A DNA stretch of 64,000 nt from an uncultured delta proteobacterium (lineage in GTDB: Bacteria > Desulfobacterota > Binatia > JACPRU01), in NCBI GenBank assembly GCA_963745025.1, contig CAVUWD010000020.1:192001-256000 (forward strand), written 5' to 3'. The notes beneath the pieces are model-generated. The model worked only from the letters and a program-made list of their open reading frames with translations. It ran no database searches and had not been told where the DNA came from. Within the stretch, counting starts at the first letter, position 1. Each line of letters starts with the position of its first letter. The translations under genes and the position numbers were made by a program. Shown here in pieces: positions 51,813 to 61,658 of this stretch.

Positions 51813-52967
51813 ATGACTACAATGCTGCTGTCGAGCGTCTTCCCCGTCCTCTATCTCGTTTCGCGCTCGGTCCGCTTCTCTGGCGCTCGAAGGAATCGCG
51901 AACGCGTCGTCGTTCTCGGCACCGGGGTTGGGGCGCGTAAGCTAGCTGCGGTCGTCGAATCCGCTGCTCCTCCCTCCTCCGTGGTGGGATTCGTCGCGGA
52001 AGGAAACGGACTTGATCCCACCCTGCTGAGCTTGACACTTCCCCGCCCGCTGCTCGGCAATCTCTCAGAGTTGAAGGCGATCATCGATTCGGTGCAGCCG
52101 GCTCGGATCATCGTGGCGCTCAGCGATCGGGGCCGTCGCCCGCCGATTCAGGCGCTTCTCGAGTGCGGGGCATGCGGAGTTGCCATCGAGACCTCGGTCC
52201 AAGCCTACGAGCGTCTCAAAGGGAAATTCGCCATCGAGAACATGACGCCGAGCTACCTGCTCTTCTCCGGACTCTTCTGCGGATCGATCCGCATAAGGCA
52301 GCGCCAGGAAGCAATCGCCCGGGCCGTCAGCGTCGCGATTGCACTCGTCGGATTGATCATTGCCGCGCCGCTCATCCTGATCGTCGCCGCACTCATCAAA
52401 ATCGATTCTCCGGGCCCTGCCTTGTTCGTCCAAGAGCGCATCGGGCTCTTCGGCAAGACCTTCAAGCTTCTCAAGTTCCGAACCATGAAGGTGGGTAAGA
52501 AGACGTCGTCCGAGTGGGCACGCGACAACGCCGATCGCATCACCCGCGTGGGAGGGTGGGTTCGCAAGTTTTGGCTCGACGAGCTACTCCAGTTCATCAA
52601 CATTCTTCGCGGCGACATGAACCTGGTTGGTCCGCGACCGCATCCGGTATCGAACTACGAGCTCTTCTCGAAGAACATTCCCTACTACGGTCTGCGCGGC
52701 AGCGTGCGCCCGGGTCTCACTGGCTGGGCACAGCTCAGAAACGGCTACGCCAACAACCTCGAGGAAGAGACCGAGAAGATGCGGTACGATCTGTACTACA
52801 TCAAGAACCGGTCGCTCTGGCTCGACCTGCGAGTCATCCTCGAAACCGTGAAGGTCGTTCTCTTTGGGCTGAAGGTAAGCCCGCCGCCTCCGGAGCTGTG
52901 TTGGCAACCAGTCGCTGATTCGGCCGTTGCCAACGACCCGAATCAGGAGCTCGGGACCGTAAGCTAG
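51813..52967 (+). CDS. Exopolysaccharide polyprenyl glycosylphosphotransferase (priming sugar transferase, PEP-CTERM-system type)
   Basis: IKIDSPGPALFVQERIG, KFRTM, DELLQFINILRGDMNLVGPRP, RPGLTGWAQ, YDLYYIKNRSLWLD. Confidence 0.88.
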   Translation: MTTMLLSSVFPVLYLVSRSVRFSGARRNRERVVVLGTGVGARKLAAVVESAAPPSSVVGFVAEGNGLDPTLLSLTLPRPLLGNLSELKAIIDSVQPARIIVALSDRGRRPPIQALLECGACGVAIETSVQAYERLKGKFAIENMTPSYLLFSGLFCGSIRIRQRQEAIARAVSVAIALVGLIIAAPLILIVAALIKIDSPGPALFVQERIGLFGKTFKLLKFRTMKVGKKTSSEWARDNADRITRVGGWVRKFWLDELLQFINILRGDMNLVGPRPHPVSNYELFSKNIPYYGLRGSVRPGLTGWAQLRNGYANNLEEETEKMRYDLYYIKNRSLWLDLRVILETVKVVLFGLKVSPPPPELCWQPVADSAVANDPNQELGTVS

Positions 52968-53024
52968 CCAAGGCCGAAGGTGAACGGGATCGGAGAAAAT
53001 TTTTCAACGACTCAACTGTCGAAG

Positions 53025-53385
53025 TTAGGCTAGCTCGGCCCGTAGCCCGTCCTCATGGCCGCTGGCCCGCACCGCGAACCGTTTCAACTCGTCGTTCACG
53101 GCTGCGACCAACGCGGCGACGGGCTTTCGCTTCATCGCCTCCATCGCGCGGCTCATGAGCCGAGGCTCGATCGCGTCCTTGCGGTAGCGTTTGGTGTGGC
53201 CGCAGATCACTTCGCCCTTCGTCTTCGAGACGGGGCAATATTATAATACCAAGATTGCTGGTAGACCCGGTTCGGCTTCCGTCGCGTCGTGGTGATCGCA
53301 ACCATCCGCGCCCCGCACGATCCGCAGCGGAGCATCCCCGTGAGCAGATAGCGATTCGAATGGACGACCCGAGATCGGATTCGCT
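53025..53385 (-). pseudogene. Large serine recombinase remnant B (zinc ribbon plus start of coiled coil)
   Basis: NRYLLTGMLRCGSCGARM...WYY, ICGHTKRYRKDAIE...MEAMKRKPVAALVAAVNDEL; homologous to remnant A. Confidence 0.72.
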
Positions 53386-53398
53386 GGGCGCGGCGGCG

Positions 53399-53463
53399 CG
53401 TTTTTCTGCCCCCGGCCACGGCACCAAATATAACGAAAAGCTGCGACTAGCTGCGATCCTCCG
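53399..53463 (-). repeat. 65-bp repeat, copy 1 (promoter + start of MAxGRKT gene); copy 2 at 59238-59302
   Basis: 60/65 identity counted by eye; contains AGCTGCGA direct repeats and an AT-rich -10-like box. Confidence 0.85.
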
Positions 53464-54065
53464 GCCTTAGTTCGTTCTGTGGACGTTTCACTCGGGCGTC
53501 AACGCCCCCCGTAATTTTGGCTGAATATAGTATTCTTGAGCCGCGCCTGCTAGATTTTTTCTGCGGTGACTAGGTTTCCTTTCGCGCCGGCGATGAGGAC
53601 TACGCGAGCGGCGGTGCGCACGATTGACCCGGCGCAATCCAAGGCGCGCGCTGAACATGAAGGGCGGTGTTTCGGAGACCGGGTGTCGCTGTTCATGCGA
53701 TGCGAGTATTCTACCACCGACAGCGGGTGCGGACGCACCGGCCCCTCGCCACGCCCGTAGTTGGAGATCGCACGATGCCTGGCGGTCCGGGACCGGCTCC
53801 ACGCGTGCGATCGTCACACCGCACAATCGCGGGCGCGACGCGCGCCCGATTCCCCGCGCGACGGGTGGCGAACCGGCGATCCCGCGTTGCACGTAACCGG
53901 TCCCAAACCCGCCGCTATAACCCATGCCCGGACACCCCTGGGATCGCCCGGAAACGGCCCGTGCGGCCCCGCAACGGCCCCGATCCGGGCCGTAACCATC
54001 AACCCGGTAAATCGACCGTGAATTTGATGGGTTCCATGGCGATCGCCAACGCGGTCGCCGGTCCA

Positions 54066-54294
54066 TTCGAATCGCGCCCCCGCAATGATCAATCGCACAC
54101 CCAACAAGGCGGGCCGGGTCTATCCGGCCCGTCACGTTGGCCGGTTGACCGTCCGTCCCGGGGGTCAAAACTAGGTCGCCGTCGAGCAGCCGCAGGATCA
54201 TCGCCTTGGCCGTCGGCACGTCCGTTTTGATCGCCCTCTGCAATCCCCGCACGTAGGACCGTAAGTCCCTGGGCTCGATCGCCGTGGGTGCCCA
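54066..54294 (-). pseudogene. Large serine recombinase C-terminal remnant C with tRNA-3'-like att junction
   Basis: RGLQRAIKTDVPTAKAMILRLLDGDLVLTPG...GRIDPARLVG.AIDHCGG, parallel to remnant A; ttcgaatcgcgCCCCCGCAAT vs tRNA ttcaaatcctaCCCCCGCAAT. Confidence 0.8.
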
Positions 54295-54389
54295 TCACAC
54301 CCATCACGCGCCCCCGGCCCGCTCCCGGAGCGGATTTCCCGCGTTTTCACACGGCCCCGGCGGCGACGCCGGGCGAAGAGGAGCACAGC

Positions 54390-54548
54390 ATGACGAAGAC
54401 GACGACGACACCACCGCCGAAAGTTCCGCCTCCCGTCGAACCCGCCGAGCCAGTTTTCTGCGCGGTCTGCGGATCGAGCGACCCCTCGTGTCACGTAAAT
54501 CGAAACGCACCACCACCGCGAAACGATGGTGAGAATGATGGGCGCTGA
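54390..54548 (+). CDS. Small CxxC hypothetical protein (element backbone gene 1)
   Basis: RBS gaggag; MTKTTTTPPPKVPPPVEP...CAVCGSSDPSCH; homologous remnant at ~63325-63420. Confidence 0.5.
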   Translation: MTKTTTTPPPKVPPPVEPAEPVFCAVCGSSDPSCHVNRNAPPPRNDGENDGR

Positions 54549-54864
54549 CCCAGCCGCCGTCTTTCAACCGGTGGCGGTGTTGCCCGACCCACCGTCGAGG
54601 CGGACGACGCCCGAGATTCGCCTGCTCGTTGCACTCCTCGACGACGCCATCGGCCTCGCGACCGGTCGATACGTCCCGACGGTCGGCGGCGACCACACCT
54701 CGCGCGGCCGCGCGAACGCCCAGCGGCGCGTCATCGAAGAGGCACGCGAGTGGATCACGCGCGGCGACGTCGGCGCGATCACGTTCGACGACACGTGCGG
54801 TGCGCTCGGCCTCGACCCGGGCTTGGTTCGTGCGGCGCTGCTACGGAAAGAGAGGCGTCGATGA
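54526..54864 (+). CDS. Conserved hypothetical helical protein, PE.RLL.A.L.DAI...A.EW...F...C.ALGLDP family (backbone gene 2)
   Basis: Motif pattern conserved in second copy at ~63417-63744; possible phage/element transcription factor. Confidence 0.65.
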   Translation: MVRMMGADPAAVFQPVAVLPDPPSRRTTPEIRLLVALLDDAIGLATGRYVPTVGGDHTSRGRANAQRRVIEEAREWITRGDVGAITFDDTCGALGLDPGLVRAALLRKERRR

Positions 54865-55205
54865 AATGCAAGGTATGTGGTGTCCGCCCCGCGAACAGCC
54901 GCAGGCACCCCGGGCTTTGTGCCAGGTGCTCGGTCGCCAACGCAGGGCGTGGACCCGGTCCACGCCGATCCCCGATCGCGCCCGGAGAAATGCGGAGGCG
55001 ATCCGGGCAAAGATCGGAAAATCTTGCGATCGCTCTCGCTCTCGCTCGTTCCAACACGCCCAGCAGATGTAACAGGAAATCTTCTCATGAAATTCTCGAC
55101 CCAATTTTCCACGCTTGCCTCTGGATCGATTTTTGTGTCATCTACGCACCGGAGCGCGACCTCTCGAATCGGGAGTGTCACCGAGAGTACATTATATCGG
55201 CATGA
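54861..55205 (+). CDS. Zinc-finger-like hypothetical protein (backbone gene 3)
   Basis: MKCKVCG...CARC; ATGA overlap with the previous gene; identical start at 63741. Confidence 0.45.
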   Translation: MKCKVCGVRPANSRRHPGLCARCSVANAGRGPGPRRSPIAPGEMRRRSGQRSENLAIALALARSNTPSRCNRKSSHEILDPIFHACLWIDFCVIYAPERDLSNRECHREYIISA

Positions 55206-55298
55206 TCGGCCGAATTGGTGTAAGGGCTTGATATTTTACCCTGCCGTACACGACACCGCCCCGAGGCAATCGATCTTACGGCGGTTCGACGACAACAG

Positions 55299-55901
55299 AT
55301 GCTGAATATGACTGCTCTCTGGAAGCATCGGCTGACTCGCGTGGCAGTTTTGGTGAGTTGCTTCAGCGGAGCCGCATCGGAGTTACGCGCGGATCCCCTC
55401 ACCTTTGAAAGCGCCTTCTTCTTGCTCAGTTCGTCGGGCGCGCGGCTCGATCTCTTTTCCAACCCGGGCGTCGTCATCGAGCCGAGCACTTACGAGAGAA
55501 CGATCTTTCCACCCGCGTTTATATTCTCAACAATTGTCCCCTACGCCGGTGGACCATCAATTACTGACACTATCCGATTCACGTACCAGGAAATGGGCTC
55601 CGCACCGGAGGAGTTGCAGCAGTCGTTCAGCACAGGGATCGATCCGGTGACGCTCGGCTTCGTCGCGAGGTTCGAGCCGATCAGCCACACTGGCATGCTG
55701 GTACCGGCAACACTCACCGTTGATCTGTTGAATAGTGCTCCGGACTTTGTGATCCCAGCCGGACCAGATCAGGGCCAGCTGGTCGATTCGTTCACATATA
55801 CGTTTTCGACTTTCACGCCTACACCAGAACCCTCGACATTGCTCCTGCTGGGTACCGGCGTCGCATGCGTGGCGCTAAGACGTTGCCGAAGGCTGACCTG
55901 A
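55299..55901 (+). CDS. PEP-CTERM sorting-domain surface protein
   Basis: Signal-like N-terminus; C-terminus TPTPEPSTLLLLGTGVACVALRRCRR. Confidence 0.88.
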   Translation: MLNMTALWKHRLTRVAVLVSCFSGAASELRADPLTFESAFFLLSSSGARLDLFSNPGVVIEPSTYERTIFPPAFIFSTIVPYAGGPSITDTIRFTYQEMGSAPEELQQSFSTGIDPVTLGFVARFEPISHTGMLVPATLTVDLLNSAPDFVIPAGPDQGQLVDSFTYTFSTFTPTPEPSTLLLLGTGVACVALRRCRRLT

Positions 55902-56312
55902 ACGAACTTCTCCGGTTTACGGTTCCCGGGTTCTATGCCTCCTCGTTCTGGGGTTAGTATAGGGACTGGCCTTTCCTACAGTTCCTTTCCAGCACGTGGC
56001 GGCTCATGCATGTATCCGTGGGGACGCTGAGGTACGGCACCGAGGAGGAGCGCCGGCAACGCCGGAGGAGGTCCTTTCGCGTCAGAGGCTCGGAGACCAA
56101 CCGCTCCACCAGATTTTCGGGCACGCCGATAGGCCAAAGTCTCCACTTCGATTCGCCCTGATTGCGATTCAGCCGCGGCCGGAGGGCCGAGATCAATGCC
56201 GTCTCCACGGTGCTTCCGCCCTGTCCGCTCGGCCTCGGCGGACACCTGAAAGCCAGCCATTAAAGGACGGGTCAAAACCGGCCATTATCGGGGCGGCCGG
56301 GACGGGGTTGGT

Positions 56313-57076
56313 CTAGCTGTTCTTGTCCTCGGTGTTCAAGGATCCGCTGTTCTTTGTTCTCCAGCTTCGTGGCCCGCACTTGAGTACATGACCGTGCTGC
56401 GAGCAGGCGATCGAGCATGGCGGCGACGGCGGGCGTATCGCCGAGCAGCTTGCCCCAATCCTCCACGGGGCGATTGGAAGTCATCAGCGTGCTGGCCCGC
56501 TCGTGCCGACGCATGACGACTTCGAGGAGATCCTCGGCAGCAGTGGCGGGAAGCTTGCGCATGCCGAGGTCGTCGATGATCAGCAGCGGCACGGACTGTA
56601 GCTCGGCGATCTTGTCCTTGCGCGAGCCGTCGATGGTGGCGTCGGCGAGCTCTTCGAGCAGGAGCGTGCGTCTCGCGGTAGAGCACACGGTGGCCCTGCC
56701 GAATGGCAGCCAGGCCGATGGCCTGAGCGAGGTGACTCTTCCCGGTGCCCGGCGGACCGAGGAAGAGAGCGTCTTCTCGGCGATCGATGAATTGGGCGGT
56801 GGCGAGCTCGAAGACCAGGCGGCGATTCATCTTCTTGTTGAAGTCGAAATCGAAGGCATCGAGGGTCTTGTCCGGCTCGCGAAACAGAGCGTGCTTGGTA
56901 CGGCGCTGGAGCAGCCGATCGGCTCGGATGGTGAGCTCGTCGGAGACGAGCGTGGAAAGGAAATCGATCGGAGCCATGTGAGCGCTCTGCGCTTCGAGGA
57001 TACGAGGCTCGAGGGCCTGGGCCATGCCGCCGAGGCGTAGCTGGCGCAGCGACCGTTGCAGCTCGATGAGATTCAT
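56313..57076 (-). CDS. istB: IS21 helper ATPase IstB (frameshifts)
   Basis: LRQLRLGGM, FDFDFN, GPPGTGKSHLAQAIG, LLIIDDLG, TSNRPVEDWG, AMLDRLL. Confidence 0.88.
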
Positions 57077-58639
57077 CCTTCTCCTCCTTGGTGAGATTGT
57101 TGATGACGTTTCGGTAGTGGGTGAGCTCGCGGATGAGAGGATCGATTCTGCGCAGCGAGAGCTGCACGGGCGGATGCCGCTCGAGGTAGCGGCGCACGAA
57201 GCGGTACGTGGGGACCGCGAGATCGAGCGCGGCGGCGCAGGCATCGTCGACGGCGGGAGCTCCGTACTTGCGGGCGAGCGAGAGCACGCCGAGGATGCGC
57301 CGCACGCCGTACTCCTTCTCCCGGTCGTAGATCTCCTTGGCGAGACTTCCGATGTGCTTTCCTGCCCGCTCGGCGCGAAAGAGCAGATCCTGCGTGCCGC
57401 GGGGCGTGCGCGACGGCCGATCTTGCTCCTGCGTGCGGTAGTTTCCCGGCCGGTGCCGCAGGTGCTCGCGCAGCAGCATCCCGCTCTTCGGATCGAGGAT
57501 CCGCACCTGGAAGTCGTCCCACTGCACCCAGACGGCACGGCCGATGTGACCGGGCGGGACGGAGTAGTAGGCGCGGGCGACCTCGACGTGCCCGTCGAGG
57601 TGCACGGTGCGATTGCCGTACTGGTAGAAGCGGAAGGGCTCGACCGGGCAGCGGCCGCAGGAAGGGCTTCTCCTCGGCAAACATCGCCGCGACCTGGCGC
57701 TTGGTGGTGCCGTGGATGCGCGTGTCGGCCCAGTGGGTCTCCCAGCGGTCGAGATAGGCTTGGGCTTCCTCGAGTCTCTCGAAGCGGAGCCCCTTCAGCG
57801 GCGTCTTCTGCGTGTGGCCGACACTCGATTCGACTTTCCCCTTGCGATCGGGATCGCGCACGCGGCACGGCAGCGCCACCACGCCGTAGTGCGCGAGGCA
57901 GTCGCGGTAGAGAGGATTGAGCGTCGGGTCGTAGATGTCGGGCTTGAGCACGCCCTCGCGCAAATTGTCGAGCACGATGACCTTGGGCACCGCGCCGAGT
58001 CGGCGGAACGCCTCCTCGTGGAGCTCCGCCCAGACCCGAGTGCTGGAGTGGAAGACCAGGAGCCGGACGGACTTGCGGCTGTAGCCGAGTGTCAGGACGA
58101 AGAGGCGCGTGCGCCGATAGCGTACCTCCCGTGCCCGGGTGCGCACCATCGGCCCCTCGCCGTAGTCGACCTGCCTTCCTCTCCCGGCTCGGTGAGGATG
58201 ATGCCGCGGGCTTCGGGCGTCTTCTCGCCGGCGAGCTTGCGCACGAATCGCTTGACGCTCGCGTAGCCGGCGACGAAGCCGTGGTCATCGACGAGGTCCT
58301 GGTAGATGGCCGTGGCATTTCGCCGCTGCGAAAGCCCGACGCTCGATCAGCTCCCGGTAACGGCTCGCAGGCGCTGGCCTGAGGGCTGCGCGTCGGCACG
58401 GCAGTCGCCTCTGGCGCTGCGTTTGCCGGGCCAGAGTCGGTGGACACCTTAATGGCCGGTTTTGGCTCCGACTGCCGTGGACGCCCCCGGCTACGGATCG
58501 CGATCCCCGCCGCGTGCAAATACGCCCGCGCCGTTTCCCGGCGCACGCCCGTCGACGCTTCGATCCGCCTCAACGGCCAGCCCAGCCGTCCAAGGGCCAG
58601 GACTTGCTGTCTCTTCTCTTCGCTCAAGACGTTGCTCAT
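57073..58639 (-). CDS. istA: IS21 transposase IstA (several frameshifts)
   Basis: MSNVLSEEKRQQ...; LFVLTLGYSRK, IVLDNLREGV, DPDRKGKVES, RIHGTTKRQV, VHLDGHVEV. Confidence 0.85.
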
Positions 58640-58958
58640 CCGGCCCCGGGGGTCATCTCCCCAGGACCGCGTCAACGTCCCGTGCGCTTACCTTATTGGC
58701 CGGTTTTCAGACGTCCACTAATGGCTGGTTTTGGGTGTCCGCCGAGGCGCTCGGACCCGAAGGGACCGCAGGCTTCGAGAAGGAACTTGCGGCGTCCAAG
58801 GAACGCGGCCAGTAAGCGATTGTGGCTCGCGGACTGATGCGAGGTCGCCCGCAAGACTCTGCCGCCGTACCCGACGTACTGAGCCTTCCCGTCGAGGTCA
58901 CGGTAGACGTAAACGAAATGGCGTGTTCGTTCCATGGCCGTCGTGGTAACGACGGACG

Positions 58959-59258
58959 TCACCAGCCGCCCTTGCCAAAATCGCGCCGCCACTCGCGCAG
59001 AAGGCGCGGCGTTATCTTCCAGCGCGCGCGGGGCTTGCGACGGTCAGTCCGTGACGCGTTGTACAGCTCGACCAGCATCGGGACGAGACCGAAGGAGTCG
59101 AGGATGTTCAAGAGGTAGCCGGGATTCTCCCTGGCGCACATCTCGATGAAATCGCGCTTGCGAGCGGTGCCGGGCCGGAGCGCCGCGCCGAGCATGTTCC
59201 GGCGCGGGTCGTGGCCCGCCCTGAAATCTCTGCCGCCCGTTTTTCTGCCCCAGGCCAC
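58959..59258 (-). CDS. Basic hypothetical protein resembling the N-terminus of phage terminase small subunit / DUF5681-like proteins
   Basis: MAWGRKTGGRDFRAGHDPRRNMLG; start and upstream region duplicated at 53399-53463. Confidence 0.5.
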   Translation of the reverse strand: MAWGRKTGGRDFRAGHDPRRNMLGAALRPGTARKRDFIEMCARENPGYLLNILDSFGLVPMLVELYNASRTDRRKPRARWKITPRLLREWRRDFGKGGW

Positions 59259-59354
59259 GGCACCAACTATAACGCAAAGCTGCGAGTAGCTGCGACCCTC
59301 CGCAAGCTTAGCTCGATAAGCGTTCCGAGCCCCCGCTTGATCTCGCCAGCCACC

Positions 59355-61658
59355 TCAACGCCTGTCGTCGATGATGCCTCCGAAGCGCGAGAGCAGCTTC
59401 GGAAAAAATTCACTGTGAACGACGAGAATTTGTAAGCGCGTGTAGTGGGCAAGCTCTTGGTCACCGAGTGGAATGCGGGACGGCGGTGAAATGAAGCCCG
59501 AAAGGTGCGGCGGTACCGGATACTCGTAGATCAGGATCTCCGTGTCTTCGAGTTTCGCCTTTTCATACGGGATCTCGCCCGTGCTCGACTTGCGTAGTGT
59601 GTCAGAAGGGCTAGGCGCTGGTGCGCCAGAAAGCCCAGGCGTTGGTGTGGGAGAAGGACTCAACGTCGGTGTGTCAGACGGCTGAGGCGTCGGTGTGTCA
59701 GACGGCTGAGGCGTCGGCGTGTCAGACGGCTGAGGCGTCGGTGTGCCAGTAAGCCGAAGCGTAGGTGCGTCAGAAGGTCCAGTCCTCAGTGCATCAGGAG
59801 GGCCAGGGGTCTCTGTGGCAGAAGGGCCGGACGTCTCTGTGCCAGAAGGGCCCGAAGGTGTCGTTGCGCCAGCTAGAGCTGCCGTCAAAGCGTCTTGATC
59901 GATTCCCGGGTCCGTCCCATCGCTCGCCATGCCTTTGTAGGGGCTGCTCTCAGACAGGCGGTAGTCATCCTTCGCCGAATCGACCCATCCCACCGCGACG
60001 TCAGATGGGGGAAAGAAGTTTCCGGAGGGATAGATGCTCGACAGGCCACCTACCCTCTGGTTGTCGACGATCACGTTGCTCTCAATCAGCAGCCCGGGCC
60101 AGCAGGTGGAGCGGGCACCGTCACCGATGAAGCAGCTCAGTCCGTACGGGCCGTTGTTGACGATGTTGTCGATGAGCGTGAGATTCTTCGTGGGAAGATT
60201 TTCGCCGCCCCCCAGCGACTGGGAATTCAGTATGGTGTTGTGGCTGAACACTACATCGTGACCACCGTTGGTCAGAAAGGCCTTCGAGTCCCCGCTCGGA
60301 CTGATCATTAGATTGTTCTCGATGACAACGTTTCCGCTCTGCCCGGTCACCTTCTCGTTGTCTTGGAGCTGGATGCTGAACCCCGGGTCCTTGAAGTTGA
60401 TCAACTTGTTGTTGCGGAAGGTGAGGCTGGAGATTTCGACCCAAGGTGAGGAACCATTCTGATTTCTGACCGTTAAGGTGATGTTCGAGGGCGTTTCCGA
60501 GGTCACCAGGTTGCCCTCGATGGTGACACGGCGGCCGGCTTTGATCTCGATCCAGTTCTTAGGCCCGGACATTGGAAACGTGCTCCACTCGGGGCGCTTG
60601 ACCATGGTGTTGCCCTTGATCTCCACGTCGTGGAGCACCTCGCCTCTCCAGCGCGCTTCGCCGGGTGACATCGGAGGGATGTCGAAACTCTGATATAGAG
60701 CCGTGAGCGGTGTATAGCTGATGGTGTTGCCGTTGATGTCGGTCACTCGGCCCACGCCCCAAATCGGCTGTGTCTCACCCGCAGGCGGGTCGGAAAGTTT
60801 GAAGGCCACGAGGTCGCCGACCGCGAGATCGAGCACTGTGGAGAGCGTGGCCGTCCCGATGGTCTCGGCGTCCGACACGGTCGCCGTGTGCTCGGGGAGC
60901 GGCGACGCATCGGCCCCGCCGATGAAGACGCTCGAATACCATGCCTCGAGGTAGTTGTTGACGACGTGAAGTGGCCCCGGACCCCCGTCCATCAGCACGT
61001 CCTCGGAAGCTTCGATGCCGCCGCCGTTGGGATAGTTACCGGTAAATCCGGCGATGTAAGAGTTGACTATAAACATATCACTCGCATTTGCCGCAAAACC
61101 CCGCTCCGCGTAGCGAGTCGTCGCTGGATCACTGAGATGTGTAGAGCTGATTTCAGGCGGGTGAATGAAGCAGTGATCGAACACGAAGCCTTTCATCGAC
61201 AAACGCTCCCCCCATCCTGGGTTGTCACCAGTGACCGACGACTGACCAAGTAGGATGAGGCTCGGAACAAATGCACCCTCAGTGTTTGAAATGTCGATGC
61301 CGATGAACTTCCAGTGGTTCGCTCCGGTCTTCGTGGAGAGTGGTGGCATGGTGTTCGGCGATACGAGTTTTGCCATTTCTCCTGAGTATTGGGATGGATC
61401 AAGCCGTACCCCCGCTGGCGGAAGACTCCCGGAGGTCGTCACGGTAACGTAGTCGGAATCTCCACCCGTGCATGTCCCTCCAGGAGCTACCAACACGAAC
61501 GTCCCCGTGTATGTCGCGCCTGCGTCCAAGACGAGGGTATCACCGCAGTTCGCGGCGCTTATGAAGGTTTGAAGGTTTGACCCGCTCGGCACGGATATCG
61601 TGGCCGCATTGGCAGGTCCCAACAACAGGAGGATGAGTGCCGAAACAAGTACCGTCAT
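59355..61658 (-). CDS. Secreted right-handed parallel beta-helix protein (pectin-lyase fold) with Pro/Thr/Ser tail
   Basis: Signal peptide; NLQTFISAANCGDTLVLDAGATYTG cap helix; Asn-rich repeats (IENNL, FSHNTI, LIDNIV); DYRLSESSPYKG..SDGTDPG; PTPQPSDT repeats. Confidence 0.78.
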   Translation of the reverse strand: MTVLVSALILLLLGPANAATISVPSGSNLQTFISAANCGDTLVLDAGATYTGTFVLVAPGGTCTGGDSDYVTVTTSGSLPPAGVRLDPSQYSGEMAKLVSPNTMPPLSTKTGANHWKFIGIDISNTEGAFVPSLILLGQSSVTGDNPGWGERLSMKGFVFDHCFIHPPEISSTHLSDPATTRYAERGFAANASDMFIVNSYIAGFTGNYPNGGGIEASEDVLMDGGPGPLHVVNNYLEAWYSSVFIGGADASPLPEHTATVSDAETIGTATLSTVLDLAVGDLVAFKLSDPPAGETQPIWGVGRVTDINGNTISYTPLTALYQSFDIPPMSPGEARWRGEVLHDVEIKGNTMVKRPEWSTFPMSGPKNWIEIKAGRRVTIEGNLVTSETPSNITLTVRNQNGSSPWVEISSLTFRNNKLINFKDPGFSIQLQDNEKVTGQSGNVVIENNLMISPSGDSKAFLTNGGHDVVFSHNTILNSQSLGGGENLPTKNLTLIDNIVNNGPYGLSCFIGDGARSTCWPGLLIESNVIVDNQRVGGLSSIYPSGNFFPPSDVAVGWVDSAKDDYRLSESSPYKGMASDGTDPGIDQDALTAALAGATTPSGPSGTETSGPSATETPGPPDALRTGPSDAPTLRLTGTPTPQPSDTPTPQPSDTPTPQPSDTPTLSPSPTPTPGLSGAPAPSPSDTLRKSSTGEIPYEKAKLEDTEILIYEYPVPPHLSGFISPPSRIPLGDQELAHYTRLQILVVHSEFFPKLLSRFGGIIDDRR
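59664..59745. repeat. 24-bp tandem repeat, ~3.4 copies (encodes TPQPSDTP)
   Basis: cgtcggtgtgtcagacggctgagg units at 59664, 59688, 59712. Confidence 0.85.

Larger units (their letters stand above)
56232..58748 (-). mobile_element. IS21-family insertion sequence (istA-istB)
   Basis: Terminal IRs GCCTCGGCGGACACC with repeated AAAACCGGCCA/AAGCCAGCCA subsites; flanking direct repeat GCTCG (5 bp), or CGCTCGG (7 bp) if the ends are 56233/58747. Confidence 0.92.
55954..58935 (-). pseudogene. GIY-YIG (LEM-3-like) nuclease gene interrupted by IS21
   Basis: 5' part HFVYVYRDLDGKAQYVGYG...RATSH (58935-58749); empty-site join GSERTG; 3' part VETALISALRPRLN (56226-55954) after one further frameshift. Confidence 0.65.

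Noticed and set aside
53590-53690. YHS-domain remnant (TIDPAQSKARAEHEGRCF)
   Set aside because: Resemblance is short and lacks DPVCGM and YYFCS; too weak to call without a search
53965-53976. Additional att core (ccccgcaac)
   Set aside because: Only an 8-bp match in GC-rich DNA, without the T-loop mimic or an adjacent recombinase tail
53488-54065. 254-aa ORF 53488-54252 as a real full protein
   Set aside because: Only the first ~58 aa match the recombinase tail; the remainder is read-through past the att junction with no recognisable features
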